From an uncultured Candidatus Saccharibacteria bacterium (GTDB lineage: Bacteria > Patescibacteriota > Minisyncoccia > Phycocordibacterales > Phycocordibacteraceae): DNA of 64,000 nt. The translations under genes and the position numbers were made by a program. The notes under the pieces are model-generated. The model did no database searches and was not told where the DNA came from. It was given only the letters and a program-made list of their open reading frames with translations. The DNA lies in assembly GCA_964469405.1 (NCBI GenBank), contig CAYXYP010000004.1, forward strand, positions 7,717 through 71,716, written 5' to 3'. Positions 19,560-28,685 of the stretch are shown piece after piece. The first letter of the stretch is position 1, and each line of letters opens with the position of its first letter.

Positions 19560-21046
19560 GTAACACCACCTCAAGGACGTTTCTCTCTCTGGCTATTTTT
19601 GTTGCAGCGACAGGTTTTGTGATGCCTCAACAAGCGAAGGCGGATACTTTTATAGTGAGCGGATGGGACGGACCGCTTTTTACTTCCTTCACCTTCAATG
19701 TTGGTCTAGATAAATCTGTATACAAACCGGGTGAAAGAGTAATTGCGACTGCAGAGTCTTTATATTTGTCATGCTCTAATTACAATTTCGCAACGATAAA
19801 GGCGACTATTAGTGGAGCAACACAGACGGTACTCAACATATATGGCGTCAGTGGATCTATGAATTTTACTGCACAAAGTACTTCAGGAAATTATTTTGCT
19901 GTCTTTACCGGGACTGCCGTACGCGAGAGAGATCGTCGAACTTTGATTAGTGCGGACGCAGCACTTACAACACCACTCGTAGCAACAATGAGTATTCCAT
20001 ACACTGTGTCGGCTGTTACCGGAGGCACCACCGGCGGTACTAATACCGGAGGCCCTATCCCAGGCGGTACTAATACCGGAGGTTCTACGGTAGGAGGTAA
20101 TGTTGCGGGAGGTGCCATCACAGGAACTACTATCACCGGCGGTACCATCACAGGAACTACTATCACGGGAGGTACTAATGGAGTAGGTACCATTACCGGC
20201 GGCACAATTACGACGGGTCCTAACACAGGACGTACCATCACCGGGGCTACCATCACCGGAGGTACTATTACAGGCGGCACCATTACGGGGGGCACGGTCA
20301 CGGGAGGTACGGTATCAGGAGGCACGGTCACGGGAGGTACGGTATCAGGTGGCACGGTCACGGGAGGTGTGATTTCGACTGGAGGCACCACCGGCGGTAC
20401 TAATACCGGAGGCCCTATCCCAGGCGGTACTAATACCGGAGGTTCTACGGTAGGAGGTAATGTTGCGGGAGGTGCCATCACAGGAACTACTATCACCGGC
20501 GGTACCATCACAGGAACTACTATCACGGGAGGTACTAATGGAGTAGGTACCATTACCGGCGGCACAATTACGACGGGTCCTAACACAGGACGTACCATCA
20601 CCGGGGCTACCATCACCGGAGGTACTATTACAGGCGGCACCATTACGGGGGGCACGGTCACGGGAGGTACGGTATCAGGAGGCACGGTCACGGGAGGTAC
20701 GGTATCAGGTGGCACGGTCACGGGAGGTGTGATTTCAGGTGGTCTCCCTACTCCTACTCCAACTCCTCCTCCAACAGTTTCTATCAGCGCTACACCTAAT
20801 CGTGTCATTGCTGGCAATGAAACCACAGTGTCGTGGAATGCTTCTAATGTGACCTCCTGTAGCGTCACAAAAAATGGCGCACCGTGGCAGACGGTTCTCT
20901 CAGATCCTAATACCAGAACGCAATTTAAATCCTTTGTAGAGACTATCAATGTTCAGACCACATATGTTGTTACTTGTGCCAATGGTGCCAGTCAGAATGT
21001 AGCGTCAGCAATCGTAAACGTCACCTCTGTCTTCCAAGGATTTTAA
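19556..21046 (+). CDS. Secreted protein with long TGGT(I/V) pentapeptide repeat region and C-terminal Ig/PKD-like domain
   Basis: Signal peptide (AKA-D), ~240-aa G/T repeat, PTPTPPP linker, TVSISATP..VSWNA..SCSV..YVVTC domain. Confidence 0.8.
   Translation: MSNTTSRTFLSLAIFVAATGFVMPQQAKADTFIVSGWDGPLFTSFTFNVGLDKSVYKPGERVIATAESLYLSCSNYNFATIKATISGATQTVLNIYGVSGSMNFTAQSTSGNYFAVFTGTAVRERDRRTLISADAALTTPLVATMSIPYTVSAVTGGTTGGTNTGGPIPGGTNTGGSTVGGNVAGGAITGTTITGGTITGTTITGGTNGVGTITGGTITTGPNTGRTITGATITGGTITGGTITGGTVTGGTVSGGTVTGGTVSGGTVTGGVISTGGTTGGTNTGGPIPGGTNTGGSTVGGNVAGGAITGTTITGGTITGTTITGGTNGVGTITGGTITTGPNTGRTITGATITGGTITGGTITGGTVTGGTVSGGTVTGGTVSGGTVTGGVISGGLPTPTPTPPPTVSISATPNRVIAGNETTVSWNASNVTSCSVTKNGAPWQTVLSDPNTRTQFKSFVETINVQTTYVVTCANGASQNVASAIVNVTSVFQGF
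20021..20736 (+). repeat. Exact tandem duplication, 360-bp period, in frame
   Basis: 20021-20376 is identical to 20381-20736 by line-by-line comparison. Confidence 0.95.
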
Positions 21047-21067
21047 ACCTGTGCTATCATCGAGGGA

Positions 21068-21319
21068 ATGAAAAAGAATATACATCCAGCGGATTATCGC
21101 GATGTCCTCTTCGAGGATATTGCGTCAGGGGCACGTTTCCTTATTGGTTCTACGGTCCATACAACCGAAACCGCGAAGTGGGAAGATGGTAAGGAATATC
21201 CTAAACTTATTGTGGAAATATCTTCAAAATCACATCCTTTTTACACTGGTGAAGACCGTACGCTCGATAAGGCAGGTCGTGTGGAACGTTTCAAGCAGCG
21301 TGCCGCCAAGAAGAAGTAG
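21068..21319 (+). CDS. rpmE2: 50S ribosomal protein L31 type B (Zn-free)
   Basis: [34 protein letters not shown]; no Cys. Confidence 0.95.
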   Translation: MKKNIHPADYRDVLFEDIASGARFLIGSTVHTTETAKWEDGKEYPKLIVEISSKSHPFYTGEDRTLDKAGRVERFKQRAAKKK

Positions 21320-21324
21320 GCTTC

Positions 21325-21470
21325 GCAAAAGGACGAATTGAGAGCACACGGCGTCCCGTCCAGCGATGGGACGCGTTCACTCTCGACTCGCAAATTCCTG
21401 CGCAGCCCCCTTCGGCGCAGGAATTACCATGCTGCTTCGTCTCCGAGAGTCTCTCAATTCGTCCTTTTGC
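21325..21470. repeat. 146-bp structured element with 20-bp terminal inverted repeats
   Basis: gcaaaaggacgaattgagag (21325-21344) and ctctcaattcgtccttttgc (21451-21470) enclose nested hairpins. Confidence 0.85.
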
Positions 21471-21497
21471 TATCGCGGAGGATGTTAGAGTAACACC

Positions 21498-22436
21498 ATG
21501 GAATATTTGCCTGAATTTAAAAAGAACTTTGCAACCGCGTATCTCGCGGAGGAGTATGAACGTCTCGATAAAGAGGCTGCTGAGGCACTTGGAGCCGCAG
21601 GAGGGGATGCCGAGCTTATGCGAATGGCGAAGGAAGACGAGTCGCGCGTCCGCGCGCGACAGGCGGGCATTCTCACCGAAATAGAGCAAATCCTTGCGAA
21701 AGAAAAAGAAGAAGTCGCTCGACCGAGTTCGGTCGTGATGGAGCTACGCGCTGCTGCGGGTGGGGACGAAGCGACCATCTTCGCCACCGATCTAAAAGAA
21801 ATGTATCAAAAATATGCTGAACGTCGTGGATGGAAGACGCGCGTTGTCGATGATCTCACTATTGAGATCATAGGTGCTGATGCGTACGATGCTCTGCGCT
21901 TCGAAACTGGCGTACATCGAGTCCAGAGGGTGCCACTCACTGAGAAGTCGGGGCGTATTCATACCTCCACCGCCTCAATAGCTGTATTGCCTATCCGCTT
22001 AAAATCGAAGGTAGATATCAATCCAGCCGATATCCAGATGGAATTTTCGAGAAGTGGCGGAGCAGGAGGACAGAATGTGAACAAGGTCGAGACGGCTGTT
22101 CGGCTCGTCCATATACCTACCGGAATTGATGTACGCTCTTCTTCCGAGAGAAGTCAGTTGGCGAATCGCGAAAAGGCGATGCAAATTCTATCCGCGAAGC
22201 TTGAACAATTGCATGAAGAACAGGAAGCGAAGAAACATGCGGCAGAGCGTAAAGAACAGATAGGTACGGGCGATCGTTCGGAAAAGATTCGCACGTATAA
22301 CTACCTGCAAGATCGTGTTACCGACCATCGGCTGAAGGAATCCTGGCACAATCTGCCGAAGATCCTCGCGGGAGGCATAGATGACATTATCGATGCATTA
22401 CACGCGGCAACCACCTCGCCAACCCATTCCGGCTAA
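21498..22436 (+). CDS. prfA: Peptide chain release factor 1 (short N-domain)
   Basis: RVQRVPLTE (PxT), [21 protein letters not shown]. Confidence 0.95.
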   Translation: MEYLPEFKKNFATAYLAEEYERLDKEAAEALGAAGGDAELMRMAKEDESRVRARQAGILTEIEQILAKEKEEVARPSSVVMELRAAAGGDEATIFATDLKEMYQKYAERRGWKTRVVDDLTIEIIGADAYDALRFETGVHRVQRVPLTEKSGRIHTSTASIAVLPIRLKSKVDINPADIQMEFSRSGGAGGQNVNKVETAVRLVHIPTGIDVRSSSERSQLANREKAMQILSAKLEQLHEEQEAKKHAAERKEQIGTGDRSEKIRTYNYLQDRVTDHRLKESWHNLPKILAGGIDDIIDALHAATTSPTHSG

Positions 22437-22555
22437 TTGCGACTTGTCCGTATTGTCGTATCCAGTAGCATGCGTCGTCAGCCTTACTTCGATGGTATAA
22501 TTCAGCTGCGATGGCAATCGATTTCGGCGAAGTATAGAGAGTATGTTTAAATACG

Positions 22556-23521
22556 ATGATTCCCGCATTCCCTGAATTTAAAAAGATTAGTACCGATGAT
22601 AGGGAAGCAGTCGAGTCCTATACACGTCGATACCAACCCTATTCAGATTTTAACTTCACAAATTTGTGGGCCTGGGATACAAGTGGAGAACGCATGATTT
22701 CAGAATTAAAAGGGAACTTCGTCGTGCGCTTCACTGACTATAAGACTTGTGAACATCTGCTCTCTTTCCTAGGAAGTAATGAATCTGAAAGTACGGCGCG
22801 TCAACTCCTACATTTTGCTGAAGCGTCGGGAGTGTCTCCAATACTTCGCTTTATCACAGAAGAATCAATGCAGAATTTACAAAACTCCAATCTGTATGTA
22901 GAGGAAGATCAAGATAATTTTGATTATATATTCTCTGTTTCAGAGTTGGTTGCCTTGCAAGGTTCAAAATTTAAAGGGAAAAGACATCTTGCGGAGGGAT
23001 TCTTACGTGAGTATCCAGACGTACTTTTTGAATCAAGAGAGCTTAGCGATGTATTTGTACAAGAGCAAATCATCTCGGTACTTCGTCGGTGGGAGGACAA
23101 GAAGAAATTAGATAACAAAACGTATGACCTGGGACATGAGAAGAAAGCGCTTAGCCGCTTATTAGAAACCGCTAACAAGCACAAACTCATTTTGTCGTGC
23201 ATCTTTTTGCATGATGCCATGATTGGTTTTAGTATTGATGAGATAGTGCCACACCAATACGCAATATCACATTTTTTCAAAGCGGATAATTCCTTCAAGG
23301 GCATATCTGAATTCCTCAATGAAAAAGTGGCGCAGTATCTGGTAGTGCATGATGTTGTGTTATGGAACTGGCAGCAAGACCTAGGCATTGAAGATTTAAG
23401 GAGATCAAAAATGAGTTATCGCCCTGTTAATTTTCTTAAAAAATATCGAGTTTCTTTTGGTCCGCAGAAAATAAAGCATGGGGAAGAAAAGAACGCTATA
23501 GAACATACTTCAGTTGTATGA
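22556..23521 (+). CDS. DUF2156 / MprF C-terminal-like (aminoacyl-tRNA-dependent transferase fold) protein
   Basis: SDFNFTNLWAW, DYIF..L..L.G.KF, HFFKAD..KG, NWQQDLGIEDLRRSKMSYRP. Confidence 0.8.
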   Translation: MIPAFPEFKKISTDDREAVESYTRRYQPYSDFNFTNLWAWDTSGERMISELKGNFVVRFTDYKTCEHLLSFLGSNESESTARQLLHFAEASGVSPILRFITEESMQNLQNSNLYVEEDQDNFDYIFSVSELVALQGSKFKGKRHLAEGFLREYPDVLFESRELSDVFVQEQIISVLRRWEDKKKLDNKTYDLGHEKKALSRLLETANKHKLILSCIFLHDAMIGFSIDEIVPHQYAISHFFKADNSFKGISEFLNEKVAQYLVVHDVVLWNWQQDLGIEDLRRSKMSYRPVNFLKKYRVSFGPQKIKHGEEKNAIEHTSVV

Positions 23522-24435
23522 GCTGGTTCTTTTTAACATTGATTGGTCCGTTTCTATATGCATTAACAAACCATATAGACAAGATTCTCCTTGAGAAGTA
23601 TTTCAAAGAGAGTGGCGTCGGCACGCTCATGCTCTTCTCGTCGCTTCTTTCCGCGCTTGCGTTACCGTTCCTATTTCTGGCTGATCCAATGGCATTGAGT
23701 GTGGGTAGTATAAGCATCCTCGTGCTCGCGGTAGTGGGAATCCTAAACATATTGGTGTTATGGTTTTACCTTCTTGCTCTTAGAGACGAAGAAGCATCGG
23801 TCGTGATTGTATTCTATCAACTTGTCCCAGTGTTTGGACTAGGGCTCGGCTACTTCATTCTCGGCGAAACTCTCACACAGATGCAACTTATCGCAATGGC
23901 AATCATCATTCTCGGCACGACAATTATCTCCTTTGAGATAGATGTGGAGAATAATTTTAAGCTTCGTCGGCAAACCATCGTACTTATGCTCGCAGCTTCC
24001 TTCTGTTGGGCACTTGGGTCAGTCATCTTCAAGGCGGTAGCACTTGAAGAAAATGTCTGGCGCTCGCTCTTCTGGGAGTACCTCATGCTCACGCTTGTGG
24101 GTATCGGTATTTTCATATTCGCGCGCTCCTATCGTACCCACTTTCTTTCTGCGATACGAAATAATTCCAAAGCAATCATATCGCTCAATTTTGCAAACGA
24201 AGTCTTGTACATGCTTGGGAATCTCGTATTTTCGTTTGCGTATCTACTTGCTCCTATCTCCCTCATTCTTCTTGTGGATTCTTTTCAACCGATTTTCGTT
24301 CTGGCTATTGGCATATTTTTGACGGTTCTCTTTCCAAAAATATCGGTCGAAAAGATATATGCGAAGCATCTCTGGCAAAAAATTATTGCAATCTGTATAA
24401 CCGGAGTTGGTACGTATCTCCTCCTCATCTCATAA
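23518..24435 (+). CDS. EamA/DMT family transporter
   Basis: About 10 TMs in two repeats; LVPVF..GYFILGETLT; QPIFV. Confidence 0.85.
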   Translation: MSWFFLTLIGPFLYALTNHIDKILLEKYFKESGVGTLMLFSSLLSALALPFLFLADPMALSVGSISILVLAVVGILNILVLWFYLLALRDEEASVVIVFYQLVPVFGLGLGYFILGETLTQMQLIAMAIIILGTTIISFEIDVENNFKLRRQTIVLMLAASFCWALGSVIFKAVALEENVWRSLFWEYLMLTLVGIGIFIFARSYRTHFLSAIRNNSKAIISLNFANEVLYMLGNLVFSFAYLLAPISLILLVDSFQPIFVLAIGIFLTVLFPKISVEKIYAKHLWQKIIAICITGVGTYLLLIS

Positions 24436-24495
24436 GTGGTATACGCCTACCCGTGCTCTACTTAGTTTTGCTATACTCTACGTACCTACTCGTCT

Positions 24496-24903
24496 ATGAA
24501 ATTTCGCGACAATATATTTCTCTACGTGCTCGTCCCGCTCATCATTTTTCTTGTGAGCTTCTCCTACCTTCGCTTCATTGTCGCGCATGATTATATGGTT
24601 GCGTATGAAGGCGCATGTGACCCAGTCACAAATAATTGCTTCATTGGCTGCGAGGACGATGTATGTACGAAGGAGTATTACTACACTAAAGTGCAGAAGT
24701 ATGCGGCTGACTTGTACGCTCAATGTAGTGAGGATATAACAGGCTGCGAAGCTGCCAATGAATGTTTCCCCATCAATGATAGGAAGTGTTCTGTAACCTA
24801 CTGCGATCTGGAGATTGACGGCACGGCCTGCAAGGTGCAGGTAGAGAAGCCGAGTGTGTTAAGTAATGACCAAGTACAATCTGGTATCTTGAGTAATTCA
24901 TAG
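24496..24903 (+). CDS. Membrane-anchored Cys-rich extracytoplasmic protein
   Basis: N-terminal TM followed by 10 Cys in ~75 aa (CDPVTNNCF...). Confidence 0.75.
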   Translation: MKFRDNIFLYVLVPLIIFLVSFSYLRFIVAHDYMVAYEGACDPVTNNCFIGCEDDVCTKEYYYTKVQKYAADLYAQCSEDITGCEAANECFPINDRKCSVTYCDLEIDGTACKVQVEKPSVLSNDQVQSGILSNS

Positions 24904-24906
24904 CTT

Positions 24907-26550
24907 ATGATTTGCAACTTATTTCCTGAACCAACATATTTTTTCTTCTCCGCTAATCTACCGGAACTTCTCTATTATTCACATATACCAGCAACTGCAG
25001 TCGCGCTCCTGGTCGGCTTATTCGTTTTCTTGAATGGTAGACAATTTCTACTTAATCGCCTCCTTTTCATCATTTCTGTCTGCTTCTCGCTCTGGACACT
25101 TTCGAACCTAATTTTGTGGACCAATATCCATAGCGATTTTCTACTCCTCATCTGGACATTCTACGTAGTACTTTTTAGTTTTATATCGATCTTTTGCGTC
25201 TACTTCGTCTATGTATTCCTAGAGAAGAAAGATATCTCACTCTTACTCAAGAGTGTACTTCTAGCGCTCCTAGCTCCAACTATTATCTTTGCGCCGACCT
25301 ACTTAAATCTGAGTGGATTCAATATTGCCAGCTGTGATGCGTTTATATTTGAAGGATTTTGGTACAAGCTTTATTACCTTTCACTTGGTGTGCTAGCGAT
25401 GGTCTGGATTCTCGTCCTGCTTATTCGGCGGTACCGGAGCGCAACGCCTGCTTTTCGAAAGCAGATAGTGCTCATGGGGGTGGGAATCGAGTTCTTTCTT
25501 TTCTCCTTCTTCACGATGACATCTTTGGCAGCTTATCTTACAAGCATAGGCATATTGCAGGATTCGAGTCTTGAATTTTATGGGCTGTTCGGGATGATGG
25601 TATTCATGGTCTTTATCGGAATTCTCATGGTCCGGTTCAAGACCTTTAACGTTGGCCTCATCGCATCTCAAGCGCTTGTTGTCGCTCTTGTGGTACTTGT
25701 CGGATCCCAGTTTACGTATGTGGATTCAATTACAGGTACTATCCTTACGTCCATAACACTTTTACTTACTGCTGCGGCCGGTCTTATTTTGATACGAAGT
25801 GTTAAAAAGGAGGTACGTCAGCGCGAACGTATTGAAGTGCTTGCAGGAGAACTTCAGGAGACCAATGAGCGGCAGGAGGGGCTCATCCACTTTATCGGGC
25901 ATGAAGTGAAAGGGTTTTTGACCAAGGATGCTAATGCTTTCGCTGCACTTTCTGATGGCGATTTTGGTGTGTTGCCGAGGTCGCTAAAACCATTTGTCGA
26001 ACAGGCGCTCCAGCAGTCGCGTAATGGCGAGAGTTCAGTGACGGACATTTTAAAAGCTTCGAATCTAAAGAAGGGTACGGTTACGTATGCGAAAGAACCG
26101 TTCGATTTGAAAGCACTTGTAGCGGAGGTGGTTGAAAAGGCGAAGCAGGCAGCAGAGCAAAAAGGACTGGTACTTTCTTTTGCTGTCGATGAATCGTCGT
26201 ATCAGATGGTCGGAGACAGGGTACAGATTAGTGATCATGTCCTGCGCAATCTGATCGATAACGCGATCAACTACACGCCTTCTGGTTCCATCATCGTCTC
26301 GCTCAAGAAAGAGAACGGCAAAATTATTTTTGCAGTGAAGGATACCGGCGTTGGCATCACCGAAGAGGATAAGAAGCATCTCTTTACCGAGGGCGGCCAC
26401 GGTAAGGATTCGCAAAGGGTGAATGTGCATTCCACGGGCTATGGTCTCTATATCGCGAAGAACATTGTTGAAGCGCATGGCGGCACCATCCGTGTTGAAT
26501 CTGATGGAGCAGGGAAGGGTTCAATCTTCGTTGTCGATCTACCAGTTTAA
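24907..26550 (+). CDS. Sensor histidine kinase with N-terminal multi-TM (HisKA_7TM-like) domain
   Basis: Polytopic N-terminus; H-box FIGHEVK, NLIDNAINY, DTGVGI, TGYGLY. Confidence 0.9.
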   Translation: MICNLFPEPTYFFFSANLPELLYYSHIPATAVALLVGLFVFLNGRQFLLNRLLFIISVCFSLWTLSNLILWTNIHSDFLLLIWTFYVVLFSFISIFCVYFVYVFLEKKDISLLLKSVLLALLAPTIIFAPTYLNLSGFNIASCDAFIFEGFWYKLYYLSLGVLAMVWILVLLIRRYRSATPAFRKQIVLMGVGIEFFLFSFFTMTSLAAYLTSIGILQDSSLEFYGLFGMMVFMVFIGILMVRFKTFNVGLIASQALVVALVVLVGSQFTYVDSITGTILTSITLLLTAAAGLILIRSVKKEVRQRERIEVLAGELQETNERQEGLIHFIGHEVKGFLTKDANAFAALSDGDFGVLPRSLKPFVEQALQQSRNGESSVTDILKASNLKKGTVTYAKEPFDLKALVAEVVEKAKQAAEQKGLVLSFAVDESSYQMVGDRVQISDHVLRNLIDNAINYTPSGSIIVSLKKENGKIIFAVKDTGVGITEEDKKHLFTEGGHGKDSQRVNVHSTGYGLYIAKNIVEAHGGTIRVESDGAGKGSIFVVDLPV

Positions 26551-26638
26551 TCAATCTCATGAACAAGAAACTTCGCTTCCACGGGCTCATTTTTGTGTAA
26601 TCGGTTAAGTTTGGGATGAGTTATTGTATGATTACCAC

Positions 26639-27262
26639 ATGCTCAAATATTATTTTCCGCACCTATTATTGGGAATCTACATAGTCGAATTTATCATTGC
26701 CGGCGTTTATCCCTATTCTCGCGATGTCTGGTACGTCGAGAATGGGCCAATTGTTGCGCTCGTTGTCTTCATTGCTATTCTGTACATCAAGAATGTTCGC
26801 TTCTCTAACGGCGCATACGCCCTCATGTTTATCCTGCCATTCTTGCATACGGTAGGCGGTCACTACACGTTTGAGCTCGTTCCATTCGATTGGTTTAATA
26901 ATCTTTTTGGATTTGAGCGGAATATGTTCGATCGCGTCGCGCATTTTGCAGTCGGTTTCTACGCCTTGCCAGTCATCGAATACTTAGTTGGAAAGGGATT
27001 AGTCGCGAAGAAATGGATCGCCGTCACGTATGCGATATTTGCTGTAGCGTTTGTTGCGGTTTTCTATGAATGGATCGAATGGTGGTATGCGGAACTACAG
27101 GGCGGGGAGGCCGGTGCGGCGTTTCTTGGGTCACAGGGCGACATTTGGGACGCACAGAAGGACATGTTTATGGATGTATCAGGTGCTGTTTTCTCCGCGA
27201 CTGTCTACCTCGCACTCGGGTTTTTAAAAGTAAAAGATAGAGTACCGAAAATTGTGTTATGA
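26639..27262 (+). CDS. DUF2238 (YjdF-like) membrane protein
   Basis: GGHYTFELVP, RNMFDRVAHF, FLGSQGDIWDAQKDM. Confidence 0.88.
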   Translation: MLKYYFPHLLLGIYIVEFIIAGVYPYSRDVWYVENGPIVALVVFIAILYIKNVRFSNGAYALMFILPFLHTVGGHYTFELVPFDWFNNLFGFERNMFDRVAHFAVGFYALPVIEYLVGKGLVAKKWIAVTYAIFAVAFVAVFYEWIEWWYAELQGGEAGAAFLGSQGDIWDAQKDMFMDVSGAVFSATVYLALGFLKVKDRVPKIVL

Positions 27263-27561
27263 AATCAAATCGATTCAAAATACAATCAGGTGTATGGATT
27301 TATCCGGGAATGGCTGGGTGGCACTTTATCGCAGTTCCTAAAAAGGAATCCGAGGAGATTACGAGAAAATTCGGCAGTCTGAAAAGAGGTTGGGGCTCAC
27401 TTCCCGTAGCTGTGACGGTAGGTAAAACAAGCTGGGAGACCTCTATTTTCCCAGAAAAGAAATCGGGAGTATATCTGTTGCCGTTGAAAGCTGCTGTACG
27501 AAAAAAGGAAGGGATTTTTGATAAGGACAAGATTGATGTACTACTAGAGATCAAAGCGTAA
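27259..27561 (+). CDS. DUF1905 family protein
   Basis: WHFIAVP, GWGSLPV.VTVG.TSW.TSIFP, YLLPLKAAVRKKEG. Confidence 0.85.
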   Translation: MKSNRFKIQSGVWIYPGMAGWHFIAVPKKESEEITRKFGSLKRGWGSLPVAVTVGKTSWETSIFPEKKSGVYLLPLKAAVRKKEGIFDKDKIDVLLEIKA

Positions 27562-27650
27562 ACCGGTAATCAACAGACGACATTTATCAGGTATTTGGCG
27601 TGATACACTTTACTAGTTACCTAGTTAATCAACATACTAACCACTAGCGC

Positions 27651-27920
27651 ATGAATGAAAAAGAGCAGTACTCGGCACTCATAAGCGAGATCATCAAGAA
27701 ACAATCGCTAATTCTGGGGCCTGAAATAGCAATACTGAAGGCACGCAGTGTCCCCGGTCTCATGGTCGATAATGATGGCAAGGTGACTGGAGTTGGTGAA
27801 AATCCAAAAGATACACTTCAGAACCTTGTCGATCAGTACGTCGAACTTTCCGGTCTCATCGTCAAGAATGCTCTCGGCTCTATCTTCGCGAAGTACCCGA
27901 ATATCGAATTAAATAAATAA
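27651..27920 (+). CDS. Small soluble hypothetical protein heading a signalling operon
   Basis: Clean 89-aa ORF; TGATACACT -10 box upstream; 3 nt gap to the next gene. Confidence 0.75.
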   Translation: MNEKEQYSALISEIIKKQSLILGPEIAILKARSVPGLMVDNDGKVTGVGENPKDTLQNLVDQYVELSGLIVKNALGSIFAKYPNIELNK

Positions 27921-27923
27921 AAT

Positions 27924-28658
27924 ATGAGCGCAGACACATTAATTACAACTGGGTATTACCTATCTTCTGTCGGGTTTCTTGCCGCCTTTATTACTATGGG
28001 TGTAGCGGTTCAGAAGTTCGGAAAGTCCAGTCTCGCGTCTATTTTCTACTATCTGTTCATCGGAACGGGTATATTCTTCGTCATTACTGTTTTCCAGAAG
28101 CTCGGAGGAGATTTCTTCGGAATTGGAGATACATCGATGGATTTTTGGTGGCACCTCATGTTCTATATGGCGTTCTTCTTTTATTTCCAGGGTATCAAAT
28201 TACTCGTTAATCTGGGAAATGCCGATGCACAGCAGAATCAGATGGCTCAGATTGATGGGGAACGGAAGTGGGGGGTGGGGGCGCTGCTTGTCTTAGTAGT
28301 AGTATTTATTATCCCAAAATTTGCTGACGGTATAGTTACGGCATACATGTCGTCACCGTTTGCGGACTTTGGACTGCATCATTTCCTTGCGTTCGCTGTT
28401 GCGGCCGCTGTCGGTTTCTATCTGCTGCACGCTGAAAAGAATCTTGGTCAGATAGGGAAGGCTATTGCGAATCCGATGATTGTGGCAATGTGGGCATTTG
28501 CCGGGCAACACTTTTGGGAATTGTTGGTCGAAAGTTGGAAAGTTATACAGGTGACAAGCGAAACGGGCGAAGGTGTCGAAAAAATCTTCTTGGTCATAGC
28601 AGCAATCAGTATTACTTATGCTGCATGGCGGCTCAACTCTTTCGCTAAGGCGTCATAA
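27924..28658 (+). CDS. 7-8 TM hypothetical membrane protein with intramembrane His residues
   Basis: Hydrophobic helices; WWHL, LHHF and QHFWE motifs. Confidence 0.75.
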   Translation: MSADTLITTGYYLSSVGFLAAFITMGVAVQKFGKSSLASIFYYLFIGTGIFFVITVFQKLGGDFFGIGDTSMDFWWHLMFYMAFFFYFQGIKLLVNLGNADAQQNQMAQIDGERKWGVGALLVLVVVFIIPKFADGIVTAYMSSPFADFGLHHFLAFAVAAAVGFYLLHAEKNLGQIGKAIANPMIVAMWAFAGQHFWELLVESWKVIQVTSETGEGVEKIFLVIAAISITYAAWRLNSFAKAS

Positions 28659-28685
28659 CATCAAAACTGTGGAGGCATATCACCC

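Noticed and set aside
19891-20949. 352-aa Pro/Val-rich minus-strand ORF
   Set aside because: Mirror of the Gly/Thr repeat, whose codons give no antisense stops; no independent start signals.
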